NCBI GenBank assembly: GCA_963821825.1
Contig: CAWGFD010000002.1
Span: 798,734-862,733 of the forward strand
DNA length: 64,000 nucleotides
Direction: 5' to 3'
Origin: an uncultured Actinomycetota bacterium
Lineage (GTDB): Bacteria; Actinomycetota; Actinomycetes; Actinomycetales; Kineosporiaceae
Numbering within the stretch: the stretch's first letter is position 1; every line of letters starts with the position of its first letter. Both the position numbers and the translations under genes were made by a program. The notes under the pieces are model-generated. The model was not told where the DNA came from, searched no databases, and saw nothing but the letters and a program-made list of their open reading frames with translations. Of this stretch, positions 8,784 to 16,778 are shown piece by piece.

Positions 8784-11408
8784 TCAGCAGCCCGGTAAGC
8801 AGCCCGCGGTGCCGCCGACGACGCGCAGGGGTCCCTTCCCCGGCAGGCGCCGGGCCCTGGTCGACAGCAGGGTCGACAGGCCGTCGGGGGTGGCGGGGCG
8901 GCTGATGAAGTAGCCCTGCACGGTGTGGCAGCCGAGCTGCTCCAGGGCGGTCAGCGTGCGCTGGTCCTCGATCCCCTCAGCGACGACCTCCAGACCCAGG
9001 CCGGAGGCCAGGTCGATGATCGCCCGGACCAGCAGCTCGGCTCGGCCCCGGCCGTCGGCGGCGTCCCGGACGCCCGGCAGGTGGGGCACCCCGGCGCCAG
9101 TCATGCCCTGCACGAACGAGCGGTCGATCTTGACCTCCTGGACCGGCAGCGCCTGCAGGTAGGACAACGAGGAGTAGCCGGTACCGAAGTCGTCCAGGGA
9201 CAGCCGGACGCCCAGGCCGACCAGCGCCTTGAGCACCGGCAGCGTCGCGTCCGGGTCGCCCATCACGCTGCTCTCGGTGATCTCCAGCACCAGCACCTCG
9301 GCCGGAAGCCCGACGTCGTTGAGCGCCTGGGAGACCATGGCCAGCAGGCTGTCGTCGTTAAGGTTCCGGGCCGAGAGGTTCACCGACACGCTGAGGTCGT
9401 AGCCCTCGTCCCGCCAGGCGCGGCACTGCCGCAGCGCGGTGCCGAGCACGGTGCGTAGCAGGTCACCGATCAGCCCGGTCGACTCGGCCAGCGGGACGAA
9501 CACGTCCGGCGGTACCCAGCCGTGCTGGGGGTGCCGCCAGCGCACCAGCGCCTCGACCCCGCGGATCTGCCGGTCGGCCAGGCCGAGCAGCGGCTGGTAG
9601 TCCACGCTGAGCTGGTCGGCGGCCATCGCCGTCTGGAGGTCGGCGACCAGGGCCAGCCGCTCCGCCCGGCCCTTGTCCAGCTCGGGGCTGAACAGCGCCC
9701 AGGGCTGCCCGCCGCTCTTGGCCGCGTACATGGCCAGGTCGGCCTGGCGCAGCAGGTCGGCGCAGTCGCTGGCGCCGCGCCGGCTGACCGAGACCCCGAT
9801 GCAGGCGTCGGCGGTGACCACGTGGTCATCGAGCGCGACCGGCACCCGCAGTGCGGCGGCCGCCTGGGTGGCCACCGAGGTGGCGGACGCTTCGGCGGCG
9901 CGCCGGTCCGGGCCGAGCTGGGGCAACAGGATGGCGAACTCGTCCCCGCCGAGCCGGGCCACCAGCGCGCCGGGCGGTGCGAGCTGGGCGAGCCGCTGGC
10001 CCACCACGACCAGCAGCTTGTCGCCGGTGGAGTGACCGAGGGTGTCGTTGACGTCCTTGAAGCGGTTCAGGTCCAGCAGCAGCATGGCCACCCGGGCCGG
10101 CTCGCCGTCGAGCAGGGACGGCGGGACGGCGCTCAGCGCGGTGAGCTGGTCGTCGAGCATCGCCCGGTTGGCCAGCTGGGTCAGGGCGTCGTGGTTGGCG
10201 TCGTGCCGCAGCTGCTCGACCAGTCCGGCGCTGCGCAGCGCCACGGCCAGGTGGGCCGAGAGGGTCTGGGCCAGCTCCAGGTCGGTGGTGGTGAAGGTGA
10301 CCGAGTCGCCGAGCCGGTCGGCGACGGTCAGGACGCCGAGCGTGGACTCCCCGTCCAGGACCGGGACGACGATCGCGTCGCGGACCTCGTGCAGGTCGGC
10401 CCATCGGCGCAGCGCCTTGTCCCTGCTGCGCCGGGGCACCAGGACGGCCGCCCCGTCGACCATCGCCCTGGTCGCCACCCAGTCCGGGGTGCTGTCCGTG
10501 CGGGTGAGCATGTGGGGGAGGGGACCGTCGTCCGTGACGCGCATCGACGGGCCGCCGTACCCCGGAGCTGGCACCAGTTCGATCCACGACGCACGTAACA
10601 ACGTGCGCATCTGATCCAGTAGTCGCCCCGCAAGCTCACTTTGGCTGAGCGCCCCCCGGCCTTCGGCCACGAAGGCGTGCACCAACTCTAAAGACTGGTG
10701 CCGCCGGTGAAGGACCACGAATGCTCGACGTACCAGCAGGATGGCCGGTGCGGTGAGGGCGACGATCGTGATGCCCAGAGGGCCACTCGACACCAGCAGG
10801 ATCAAGGTCAGGGCCGCGATGCCGGCGGCGGCACTCGCGAGTGCTGCCGCTCCCGCGACCCCCGTGGCAGCATGAATGGGCACGGGGGATCCGTGCAGTT
10901 TGAGCACGGCCATGAGGCAGGCAGCCGTGACGAGTTCGGAGATCACGTCAGCGAGAAGCACCGCAATACCGATGGCCGTGGTCAGATGGTCGCTGGCCTG
11001 CGCCATCAGTTGGAGCGCGAAGACAGCTGTAACCGCCTTGGTGGCGGCCAAGCACAGGTTCACGGCTGCCTTGATGTGCTTCGGGTGCTGCAGGGCAGCC
11101 ACAAACCCGGCACCCGTCATCGCGACGGCGACAGCGCCGACCGGAGGAAGCAGCAGGATGGCGAGAACCACTGAGACGCCGGACAGGTGGATGCCCAGTG
11201 CGGACCCGCGGACCTCGACCTGTAGGACGGTCAGCTCTCCCGCTGCATACATCAGGACCAAACCCACGCCGAGCAGGGCGAGCACAGGAGTCGCCTGGCC
11301 GCCGACCATGGGCTGTGGCTGGGCGCGAAGCAGGACGAGGCCGACGATCGCCGTCAACACGAACAGCAGGGCCGCGATCGGCTTCACTCCGGCTCGTTCG
11401 CGAACCAC
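8784..11408 (-). CDS. Polytopic membrane GAF-GGDEF-EAL protein (c-di-GMP synthase/phosphodiesterase)
   Basis: About 260 aa of N-terminal TM helices followed by a GAF-like segment. GGDEF motif ARLGGDEFAILL. EAL motifs VEALVRWRHP and LDDFGTGYSSLSYL. GTG start at 11408. Confidence 0.9.
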   Translation of the reverse strand: MVRERAGVKPIAALLFVLTAIVGLVLLRAQPQPMVGGQATPVLALLGVGLVLMYAAGELTVLQVEVRGSALGIHLSGVSVVLAILLLPPVGAVAVAMTGAGFVAALQHPKHIKAAVNLCLAATKAVTAVFALQLMAQASDHLTTAIGIAVLLADVISELVTAACLMAVLKLHGSPVPIHAATGVAGAAALASAAAGIAALTLILLVSSGPLGITIVALTAPAILLVRRAFVVLHRRHQSLELVHAFVAEGRGALSQSELAGRLLDQMRTLLRASWIELVPAPGYGGPSMRVTDDGPLPHMLTRTDSTPDWVATRAMVDGAAVLVPRRSRDKALRRWADLHEVRDAIVVPVLDGESTLGVLTVADRLGDSVTFTTTDLELAQTLSAHLAVALRSAGLVEQLRHDANHDALTQLANRAMLDDQLTALSAVPPSLLDGEPARVAMLLLDLNRFKDVNDTLGHSTGDKLLVVVGQRLAQLAPPGALVARLGGDEFAILLPQLGPDRRAAEASATSVATQAAAALRVPVALDDHVVTADACIGVSVSRRGASDCADLLRQADLAMYAAKSGGQPWALFSPELDKGRAERLALVADLQTAMAADQLSVDYQPLLGLADRQIRGVEALVRWRHPQHGWVPPDVFVPLAESTGLIGDLLRTVLGTALRQCRAWRDEGYDLSVSVNLSARNLNDDSLLAMVSQALNDVGLPAEVLVLEITESSVMGDPDATLPVLKALVGLGVRLSLDDFGTGYSSLSYLQALPVQEVKIDRSFVQGMTGAGVPHLPGVRDAADGRGRAELLVRAIIDLASGLGLEVVAEGIEDQRTLTALEQLGCHTVQGYFISRPATPDGLSTLLSTRARRLPGKGPLRVVGGTAGCLPGC

Positions 11409-11480
11409 GCGTCACCCCCTACTCTCGACTGATCCGCGGTGCTTCTATGAAGCGATTCGAATGTGCGGGACCGGTGCCGC

Positions 11481-11942
11481 TCAATCCCACTTGATCCCGT
11501 TGACGGACGCGCCACCCTGGATGGTAGTAGGAGCGCTCGCGGTGGCGACGCCGTCCCACTTGATGCCGGTGGGGTTGGCGTCCCACTTGATGCCCAGGGG
11601 GGTGAGAGCGGTGGCGACGCCGTCCCACTTGATGCCGAGCGGGTTGGAGTCCCACTTGATGCCGGTGGGGTTGGCGTCCCACTTGATGCCCAGGGGGGTG
11701 AGAGCGGTGGCAACGCCGTCCCACTTGATGCCGAGTGGGTTGGAGTCCCACTTGATGCCGGTGGGGTTGGCGTCCCACTTGATGCCCAGGGGGGTGAGAG
11801 CGGTGGCAACGCCGTCCCACTTGATGCCGGTGGGGTTGGCGTCCCACTTGAGGCCGGCGGGTCCGGCGACAGCCAGGCCTCCGGCGGCGAGCAGGCCGGT
11901 CAGAGCAAGAGCAGCGGCGCGGTAGGCCTTCCGTGGCGACAT
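11481..11942 (-). CDS. Secreted repeat protein made of 11 GIKWD-type nonapeptide modules (no family recognised)
   Basis: ATG at 11942 is preceded by GGAGG 7 nt upstream. Signal peptide MSPRKAYRAAALALTGLLAAGGLAVA. The rest reads GLKWD-ANPTGIKWD-GVATALTPLGIKWD-ANPTGIKWD-SNPLGIKWD... and ends exactly on ...NGIKWD-stop. The first 39 codons of the track ORF (11481..12059) are dropped. Confidence 0.8.
   Translation of the reverse strand: MSPRKAYRAAALALTGLLAAGGLAVAGPAGLKWDANPTGIKWDGVATALTPLGIKWDANPTGIKWDSNPLGIKWDGVATALTPLGIKWDANPTGIKWDSNPLGIKWDGVATALTPLGIKWDANPTGIKWDGVATASAPTTIQGGASVNGIKWD
11538..11850. repeat. Tandem repeat, 96-bp unit, about 3.3 near-identical copies (unit starts at 11601, 11697 and 11793, plus a partial copy from about 11538)
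   Basis: Direct comparison of ggtgagagcggtggc[g/a]acgccgtcccacttgatgccgag... units. Contiguous, without spacers. Codes for the GIKWD modules on the minus strand. Confidence 0.9.
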
Positions 11943-12113
11943 CGTGTACCTCCAGTTGATCCGGGTGGGCTTTCCCCCGGTAACAGCCAGTGTCGGGCTG
12001 GTAACGGAGGCTCTTGAGTCAAGTTGGTCACCCATCACCGTGTCGCACCAGTGGAACAATCACTATTGATGTATGGGTTGCCAGTCTCTGAGGGTCGGTC
12101 TTACAGTCTGCGC

Positions 12114-13118
12114 ATGACACCTCCGGCTCTGGACGACGTATTGCGACGGGTCGCGGCCGGCCAGCTGACGCCCGAGGCGGCCCTGGCGACCCTTGATGAT
12201 CTCAGGCGGACGACCCCCTCGGAGACTGGCGAGGGGGGTGAGGGCCTGGACACCCAGCAGGGCCCCGACGACGCGGACCTGCCCACGCCGCCTGCCGGCG
12301 CTGCGACCTCCTTGGTCGGCGGCCCGGACAGCATCGAGGACGAGGAGCTCGGCGTGGCGGAGCCCGAGTCGGCTGGCGGGCCGTGGGTGGAGCCGGCTCC
12401 GGTCGGGTCGGCCAGGCGCTCCCGCGAGGAGGGCGCGTCCGGCGGCGGCACCGCGGTCGACCCGTTCGCCCGTGCGGTCAAGGTCGTCGTCAGCTACTGC
12501 AGCGCGCACATCATCGCCGATCCCACCGTCCGCGACGTCTCGGTCTCCGGGTCTCACACGATCACCCGCCAGGGCGATCTGATCGTCGTGCAGAGCCCGG
12601 ATGTTCCCCCGCTGTTCACCCAGGACGCCGCCGGCGCGGCCCGGTTCGCCATGACGACCATGCCTCAGACCATGGCCTGGGCCAAGGCATGGAAGGACCA
12701 CCACATGCTGGTCCGGTTCAACCCGCACCGGCCGCTGGTGGTGGAGCTGTCCGGCGGCAGCGCCCGGATCGGCGGCGGGGAGGCCGGGGTGCGGATCAGT
12801 GCCCGGGCGGGTTCGGTCCGGCTCGAGCAAGTCCGCGGCCCGCTCGAGATCGACGCCGCCTCCTCCTCGGTGCGCGGCACGGTCCAGCCGGAGGGCAGCT
12901 GCTCGCTGAAGGCGGACAGCGCGGCGGTGCGGCTGGGTCTGCTGCCGGGCACCGACCTGCTCGTGCACGCCACCTACCGGATGGGCAAGGTGGTGCTACC
13001 CGGCCCGCAGACGCGGATCGACCCGGACACCGTGGAGACGGTGCTCGGCGCCGGCCGGGGGCGCTGGGACATCGACGCCGTGATGAGCAGCGTGGTCCTG
13101 GCGGAGGTCCGGCGATGA
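12114..13118 (+). CDS. Beta-strand-repeat protein (DUF4097/LiaG-YvlB-like C-terminal half) with SHOCT-like N-terminal helix and acidic linker
   Basis: ATG at 12114 gives MTPPALDDVLRRVAAGQLTPEAALATLDDL. The C-terminal half has reiterated short strands (VSVSGSHTITRQGDLIVV, VELSGGSARIGG, VRISARAGSVRLE, LEIDAASSSVRGTV, LKADSAAVRLGL). Translationally coupled to the following DUF2089 gene. Confidence 0.55.
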   Translation: MTPPALDDVLRRVAAGQLTPEAALATLDDLRRTTPSETGEGGEGLDTQQGPDDADLPTPPAGAATSLVGGPDSIEDEELGVAEPESAGGPWVEPAPVGSARRSREEGASGGGTAVDPFARAVKVVVSYCSAHIIADPTVRDVSVSGSHTITRQGDLIVVQSPDVPPLFTQDAAGAARFAMTTMPQTMAWAKAWKDHHMLVRFNPHRPLVVELSGGSARIGGGEAGVRISARAGSVRLEQVRGPLEIDAASSSVRGTVQPEGSCSLKADSAAVRLGLLPGTDLLVHATYRMGKVVLPGPQTRIDPDTVETVLGAGRGRWDIDAVMSSVVLAEVRR

Positions 13119-13480
13119 GCCACCCGGCGCACCGTCCGCCGCAGGACTGCCCGGTCTGCGGAGACCACCTGCTGATCAGCCAGCTCGGCTGCGACCGGTG
13201 CGGTACCGCGCTGTCCGGCCGGTTCACGACGTGTGCCTTCTGCGGACTGGGTGAGGCCCAGCGCGAGCTGCTGCGCGTCTTCCTGGTCTCCCGCGGCAAC
13301 CTCAAGGAGGTCGAACGGCACCTGGGCGTGAGCTACCCGACGGCCCGCGCCCGGTACGAGGAGCTGCTCACCGCCCTGGGCCTGTCCGAACCGCCGGAGG
13401 TGGACCCCCGGCTGGCCACCCTCCGGGCGCTGGCCTCTGGCGAGATCACCCCTGACCAGGCGCGCGCGAACCTGGACTGA
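13115..13480 (+). CDS. DUF2089-family zinc-ribbon plus HTH protein (putative transcription factor)
   Basis: ATGA overlap with the upstream gene. Zinc ribbon CPVCGDHLLISQLGCDRCGTAL...CAFCG. HTH-like RELLRVFLVSRGNLKEVERHLGVSYPTARARYEELL. C-terminal SHOCT-like LASGEITPDQARANLD. Confidence 0.7.
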   Translation: MSHPAHRPPQDCPVCGDHLLISQLGCDRCGTALSGRFTTCAFCGLGEAQRELLRVFLVSRGNLKEVERHLGVSYPTARARYEELLTALGLSEPPEVDPRLATLRALASGEITPDQARANLD

Positions 13481-13495
13481 ACCCTCCCTCCGGCT

Positions 13496-13523
13496 GAGCC
13501 GCCCGGGCGGCCGCCGGCGGCTC
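13496..13523. terminator. GC-rich stem-loop between convergent genes (possible bidirectional terminator)
   Basis: 8-bp arms gagccgcc / ggcggctc around a 12-nt loop. Lies between the DUF2089 stop (13480) and the ferredoxin stop (13575). No U-tract. Confidence 0.35.
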
Positions 13524-13574
13524 AAGCATTCATGACGATCTGTCCATGCGTAGGTAGGCGCACGCCGGGAGAGC

Positions 13575-13871
13575 TCAGCGGGGGTTCTTGGTGAAGTCAG
13601 TGCCTTCCAGCCGCAGGGCCAGCCGGGGACACACCTGCACCGCCTTCTCGGCGTGCGGCAGCAGCCGGACCGGCACCTCCACCCCGTCCCCGCGCCGCCG
13701 GCTCCGGTCGCGGGCCACCGGGTAGCCCCAGGGGTCGGTGTCCAGCACCTCGGGCAGCAGCTCGGCGCACAGGCCCCGGCCGTCGCACGCCGTCCAGTCG
13801 ATCCGCAACCGGGCGGTGGTCCGCACTGTGCGGGCCGCCGGCGCGGAGCCGGAGGTGGTCGGTCCGCTCAT
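13575..13871 (-). CDS. Small ferredoxin-like iron-sulfur protein
   Basis: 98 aa. Cys pattern CDGRGLC ... VCP resembles single-cluster actinobacterial ferredoxins. ATGA overlap with the upstream NuoF-like gene. Confidence 0.6.
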   Translation of the reverse strand: MSGPTTSGSAPAARTVRTTARLRIDWTACDGRGLCAELLPEVLDTDPWGYPVARDRSRRRGDGVEVPVRLLPHAEKAVQVCPRLALRLEGTDFTKNPR

Positions 13872-15184
13872 CGCTCGCTCCTGCTGTCGCGCTGGTCGTC
13901 CTGAGCCGCCTCGTCGGCGAGGCAGCGGCCGGACCGGTGCGCCACCACGTCCGCGGCGAAGACCTGCAGCGCGCTACGCACCAGCCGGACCGTGCCGTCG
14001 GGGTGGTGGCAGGCGCCGCGGCCCTCGACCAGGCCGGCCAGTGCCGTGGTGTCGCGGACGGCGTGGTTGACGGTGCCGGCGATCGTGTCGGTGTAGCCCA
14101 GCCGGTCCGGCCGGGCGAGCTGGGCCAGGGACTCGGCCAGCGCCGGCAGCCCGAACATGCAGGGCCCGCACTGCCGGGCGGACTGGCCGGCCAGATAGGC
14201 GGTGATGTCGGCGGTGGCGCGCAGGCCGCAGCTGCCGGAGTCCAGCGCGATCAGCACCCCAGCCCCGGGGCTGGCGCCGTGCGGGCCGAGCCCGGACCGG
14301 GACATGGTGGTCTGCTCCAGCCGCTGGGCCGGCACCCAGGCGCCGTGGTACCCGCCGACCAGCACGGCGAGAAGCTCGTGCGCCGGCCCACCGGCCCGGG
14401 TCAGCAGCTGGGCCAACGTCTCGCCGTAGGCCGCCTCCACCACGCCGGGCTGGTGCACGGAGCCACTGACCGTGGCCAGGAAGGTGCCCGGGTCCTCGGC
14501 CGTGCCCACGCTGCGGAACCACTGCGGCCCGAACCGCCCGATCAGGGCCACCTGGGCGAGGGTCTCCGCGTTCTGCACGACGGTCGGCAGGCCGAAGGCG
14601 CCGCGGACCGCGGGGATGTGCCGCTTGAAGGAGGGGACGGCGCTCCGTCCGGTCACCGCGGCGATCACCGCGGACTCCTCACCGGAGACGAACGTGTCGG
14701 GGGCGAGGACGACCTGCACCGGCAGCCGGTCGCGCCGGGCCGCGAGGCGCTCGGCCAGCGCGGGAGCCACGGCGCGGGCGCCGACCCGTCCGGTGTAGAG
14801 GTAGGCCCGGGTGGCACCCACCGCGTGCGCCATGGCCGCCAGGCCGTCCAGCACCAGGTGCGGGGCCCTGGTCAGCAGGGCGGCGTCCTTGCTGCTGGCC
14901 GGTTCACCCTCTGCGGCATTGGCGATCACCACGGCGCCACCCGCGGCCTGGCTCCGGGCCGCGGCCGTGCCGGCCTTGCGGAAGGTGGGGAAGGCGGCGC
15001 CGCCACGGCCGCGCAGGCCGCTGGCCTCCAGGGCGGCCAGCACGGCGCCGCGGTCCGCGGGTAGCTGCAGTGCGCCGAAGCGCCGCTCGTGGGTGGCCAG
15101 GTCGGCGGCCGTCGAGGTGATCCGGCGGGTACCGCGCGGGGCGGCGGCGCCGCGGTCGAGGTCAGGGTCCATGGTGGTGCTCAT
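13868..15184 (-). CDS. NuoF-like NAD(P)H-binding FMN/iron-sulfur protein (respiratory complex I 51-kDa subunit family)
   Basis: Start MSTTMDPD at 15184 (ATGA overlap with the upstream gene). LRGRGGAAFPTFRK matches the NuoF GRGGAGFPTG motif. QCGPCMFGLPAL and the ACHHPDG Cys region match the 4Fe-4S module. The 186 extra N-terminal codons of the track ORF overlap the next gene and are rejected. Confidence 0.8.
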   Translation of the reverse strand: MSTTMDPDLDRGAAAPRGTRRITSTAADLATHERRFGALQLPADRGAVLAALEASGLRGRGGAAFPTFRKAGTAAARSQAAGGAVVIANAAEGEPASSKDAALLTRAPHLVLDGLAAMAHAVGATRAYLYTGRVGARAVAPALAERLAARRDRLPVQVVLAPDTFVSGEESAVIAAVTGRSAVPSFKRHIPAVRGAFGLPTVVQNAETLAQVALIGRFGPQWFRSVGTAEDPGTFLATVSGSVHQPGVVEAAYGETLAQLLTRAGGPAHELLAVLVGGYHGAWVPAQRLEQTTMSRSGLGPHGASPGAGVLIALDSGSCGLRATADITAYLAGQSARQCGPCMFGLPALAESLAQLARPDRLGYTDTIAGTVNHAVRDTTALAGLVEGRGACHHPDGTVRLVRSALQVFAADVVAHRSGRCLADEAAQDDQRDSRSER

Positions 15185-15804
15185 CGCGAGACTCTCTGTC
15201 GGGACCGGCCGATGGCCGGGGCGGGCAGGGGGAGCGGGACGGCGGAGGTGTCGCGGACGGCGGACCGGTCGCTGAAGCGGTCGCTCGCCCGCCAGACCAG
15301 CGCGGTCCCGACGGCGAGCACGCAGCCGGCGGTCACCGCCCACAGCCAGGCCGTGCCCGAGTCGGTGCCGGTGCCCAGGCCGTGCGCGACCGCCACCGGC
15401 CAGGACACGTAGGCCAGCCAGTGCACCGCACGCCAGGGACGTCGACCCAGGCGGTGCCGGAGCAGGCTGGTCACCACCAGGGCGGCGACCAGGTCGCTGG
15501 CCAGCGTGCCCAGGCCCAGCCACATCGGGCGGTAGGTGGCCGTGAACGGCAGCACCACATCGGCCAGCTTCAGCTGGGCGTACGGGTCGATCAGCAGTGT
15601 GCTGATGTGTACGCCCAGCAGCAGCACGACCAGCAGGCTGATCGTGCGGTGCAGCTCGGCGACGGCGAACCGCGGCAGGCCCGGCAGCGGCCGCGACGAG
15701 CGGGTGGTGATGCCCATCATGACGGTCAGCGTGAGCAGGCACAGGGTGGTCACCCCGGTGCCACGTGCCACGTACCAGGCAGCGTTGGTCAGCTCGGCGC
15801 TCAT
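15181..15804 (-). CDS. Ferric-reductase-like (MsrQ/FRD-type) six-TM di-heme b membrane protein
   Basis: Start MSAELTNAAWYVARG at 15804. Six hydrophobic helices with four conserved-position His residues (ELHRT, GVHIS, AVHWLAY, VAHGLG). ATGA overlaps on both sides. Confidence 0.75.
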   Translation of the reverse strand: MSAELTNAAWYVARGTGVTTLCLLTLTVMMGITTRSSRPLPGLPRFAVAELHRTISLLVVLLLGVHISTLLIDPYAQLKLADVVLPFTATYRPMWLGLGTLASDLVAALVVTSLLRHRLGRRPWRAVHWLAYVSWPVAVAHGLGTGTDSGTAWLWAVTAGCVLAVGTALVWRASDRFSDRSAVRDTSAVPLPLPAPAIGRSRQRVSR

Positions 15805-16778
15805 GCGGCCACCTCCACGGTGATCGGTCGGTCGGAGTGCTCGACGGCGTCCTTCGGCCAGGCGGCGGTGCGCAGCACCCGGCCGTCGTGGGTGACCAGC
15901 CGGGCCTTGGCGCCCAGCCCGGCCAGCCACGAAGGCGCGCTCGCGCCGCGGACCAGCGCGGCGGTGGTCAGGGTGTTCGCGGCGACGCAGTCGCCGGCCA
16001 CCACGGTGACGCTGGCCCAGGGGCTGTCGGCCGGCATGCCGGTCCGGGGGTCGAGCACGTGGTGCAGCCGCTCACCGGCTCGCCACCAGGTGCGGCGCTG
16101 GGTCGAGGAGGTGGCGATCGCGCTGCCGGCGCCGAGCGTAAGCCGGGTCGCCGGGTCGCGCGGCAGGTCCTGGACATCGACGGTCCATCCCCGTGACGGC
16201 GCGGGCCCGGCGGTGGCGATGTCGCCGCCCAGCTCGACCAGCACACCGGTGCCGAGGCCCTCGGCGACCAGGGCCGCAGCCCGGTCCGCGGCGTAGGCCT
16301 TGGCGGTGGCGCCGAGGTCGACCAGGGTGCCGGCCGGGACGCGGACGCTGCCCTCGCCCAGCTCCACGTCGGTCCAGCGCACCCGCCGGTCCAGGCAGAC
16401 CCGGTCGAAGCCGCCGAGCCGGTCCGTGGAGCGGCCCAGGCTGTGCTCGTCGTGGTAGCCCAGCTCGACCAGGACGGCGCCCACGGTCGGGTCGACGTCC
16501 CCGTCGGTGCGCTCGGCGGCGAGCAGCGCGGTGGCCAGCAGGTCGGCCAGCAGCGGTGAGATCCGGGCGGTGCCCGGGCCGCCCGCCAGCAGGCTGACCT
16601 CCGAGTCGGGCCGGAACCGGCTGGCCGCCCGATCGACCTCGGCCAGCAACCGCTGGGTGATCTCCACGGCCGCGGCCAGCGCCGACGGGTCGGTCACCAC
16701 GACCCGCGCCGTCGTCGACCACACCGGCCAGCTGCTGCTCACCGCGGGGGTCTCGGGGGTCGCGGCGGTCATCGTCAT
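15801..16778 (-). CDS. apbE: FAD:protein FMN transferase (ApbE family)
   Basis: Start MTMTAATPE at 16778 (ATGA overlap). RFRPDSEVSLL and LVDLGATAKAYAADRAA correspond to ApbE core motifs. No obvious signal peptide or lipobox. Confidence 0.85.
   Translation of the reverse strand: MTMTAATPETPAVSSSWPVWSTTARVVVTDPSALAAAVEITQRLLAEVDRAASRFRPDSEVSLLAGGPGTARISPLLADLLATALLAAERTDGDVDPTVGAVLVELGYHDEHSLGRSTDRLGGFDRVCLDRRVRWTDVELGEGSVRVPAGTLVDLGATAKAYAADRAAALVAEGLGTGVLVELGGDIATAGPAPSRGWTVDVQDLPRDPATRLTLGAGSAIATSSTQRRTWWRAGERLHHVLDPRTGMPADSPWASVTVVAGDCVAANTLTTAALVRGASAPSWLAGLGAKARLVTHDGRVLRTAAWPKDAVEHSDRPITVEVAA

Noticed and set aside
11538-11850. Possible CRISPR array (also considered for 40865-40930 and 16913-17017)
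   Set aside because: The repeats are directly contiguous with no unique spacers. They lie inside ORFs in frame, and no cas genes are present.
10876-11925. Plus-strand ORF with repeated HLMPVGLASHLMPRGVRAVATPS units, and two other repeat-bearing ORFs (11384-11847 minus, 11463-12017 plus)
   Set aside because: These are alternative-frame or alternative-strand readings of the same 96-bp DNA repeat. Only the 11481-11942 minus frame has a signal peptide, a strong SD and a clean stop at the end of the array.
15185-15742. 186-codon N-terminal extension of the NuoF-like ORF (13868..15742)
   Set aside because: It overlaps the ferric-reductase-type membrane gene in another frame. The ATG at 15184 forms an ATGA overlap with that gene's stop, and NuoF homology starts shortly after it.
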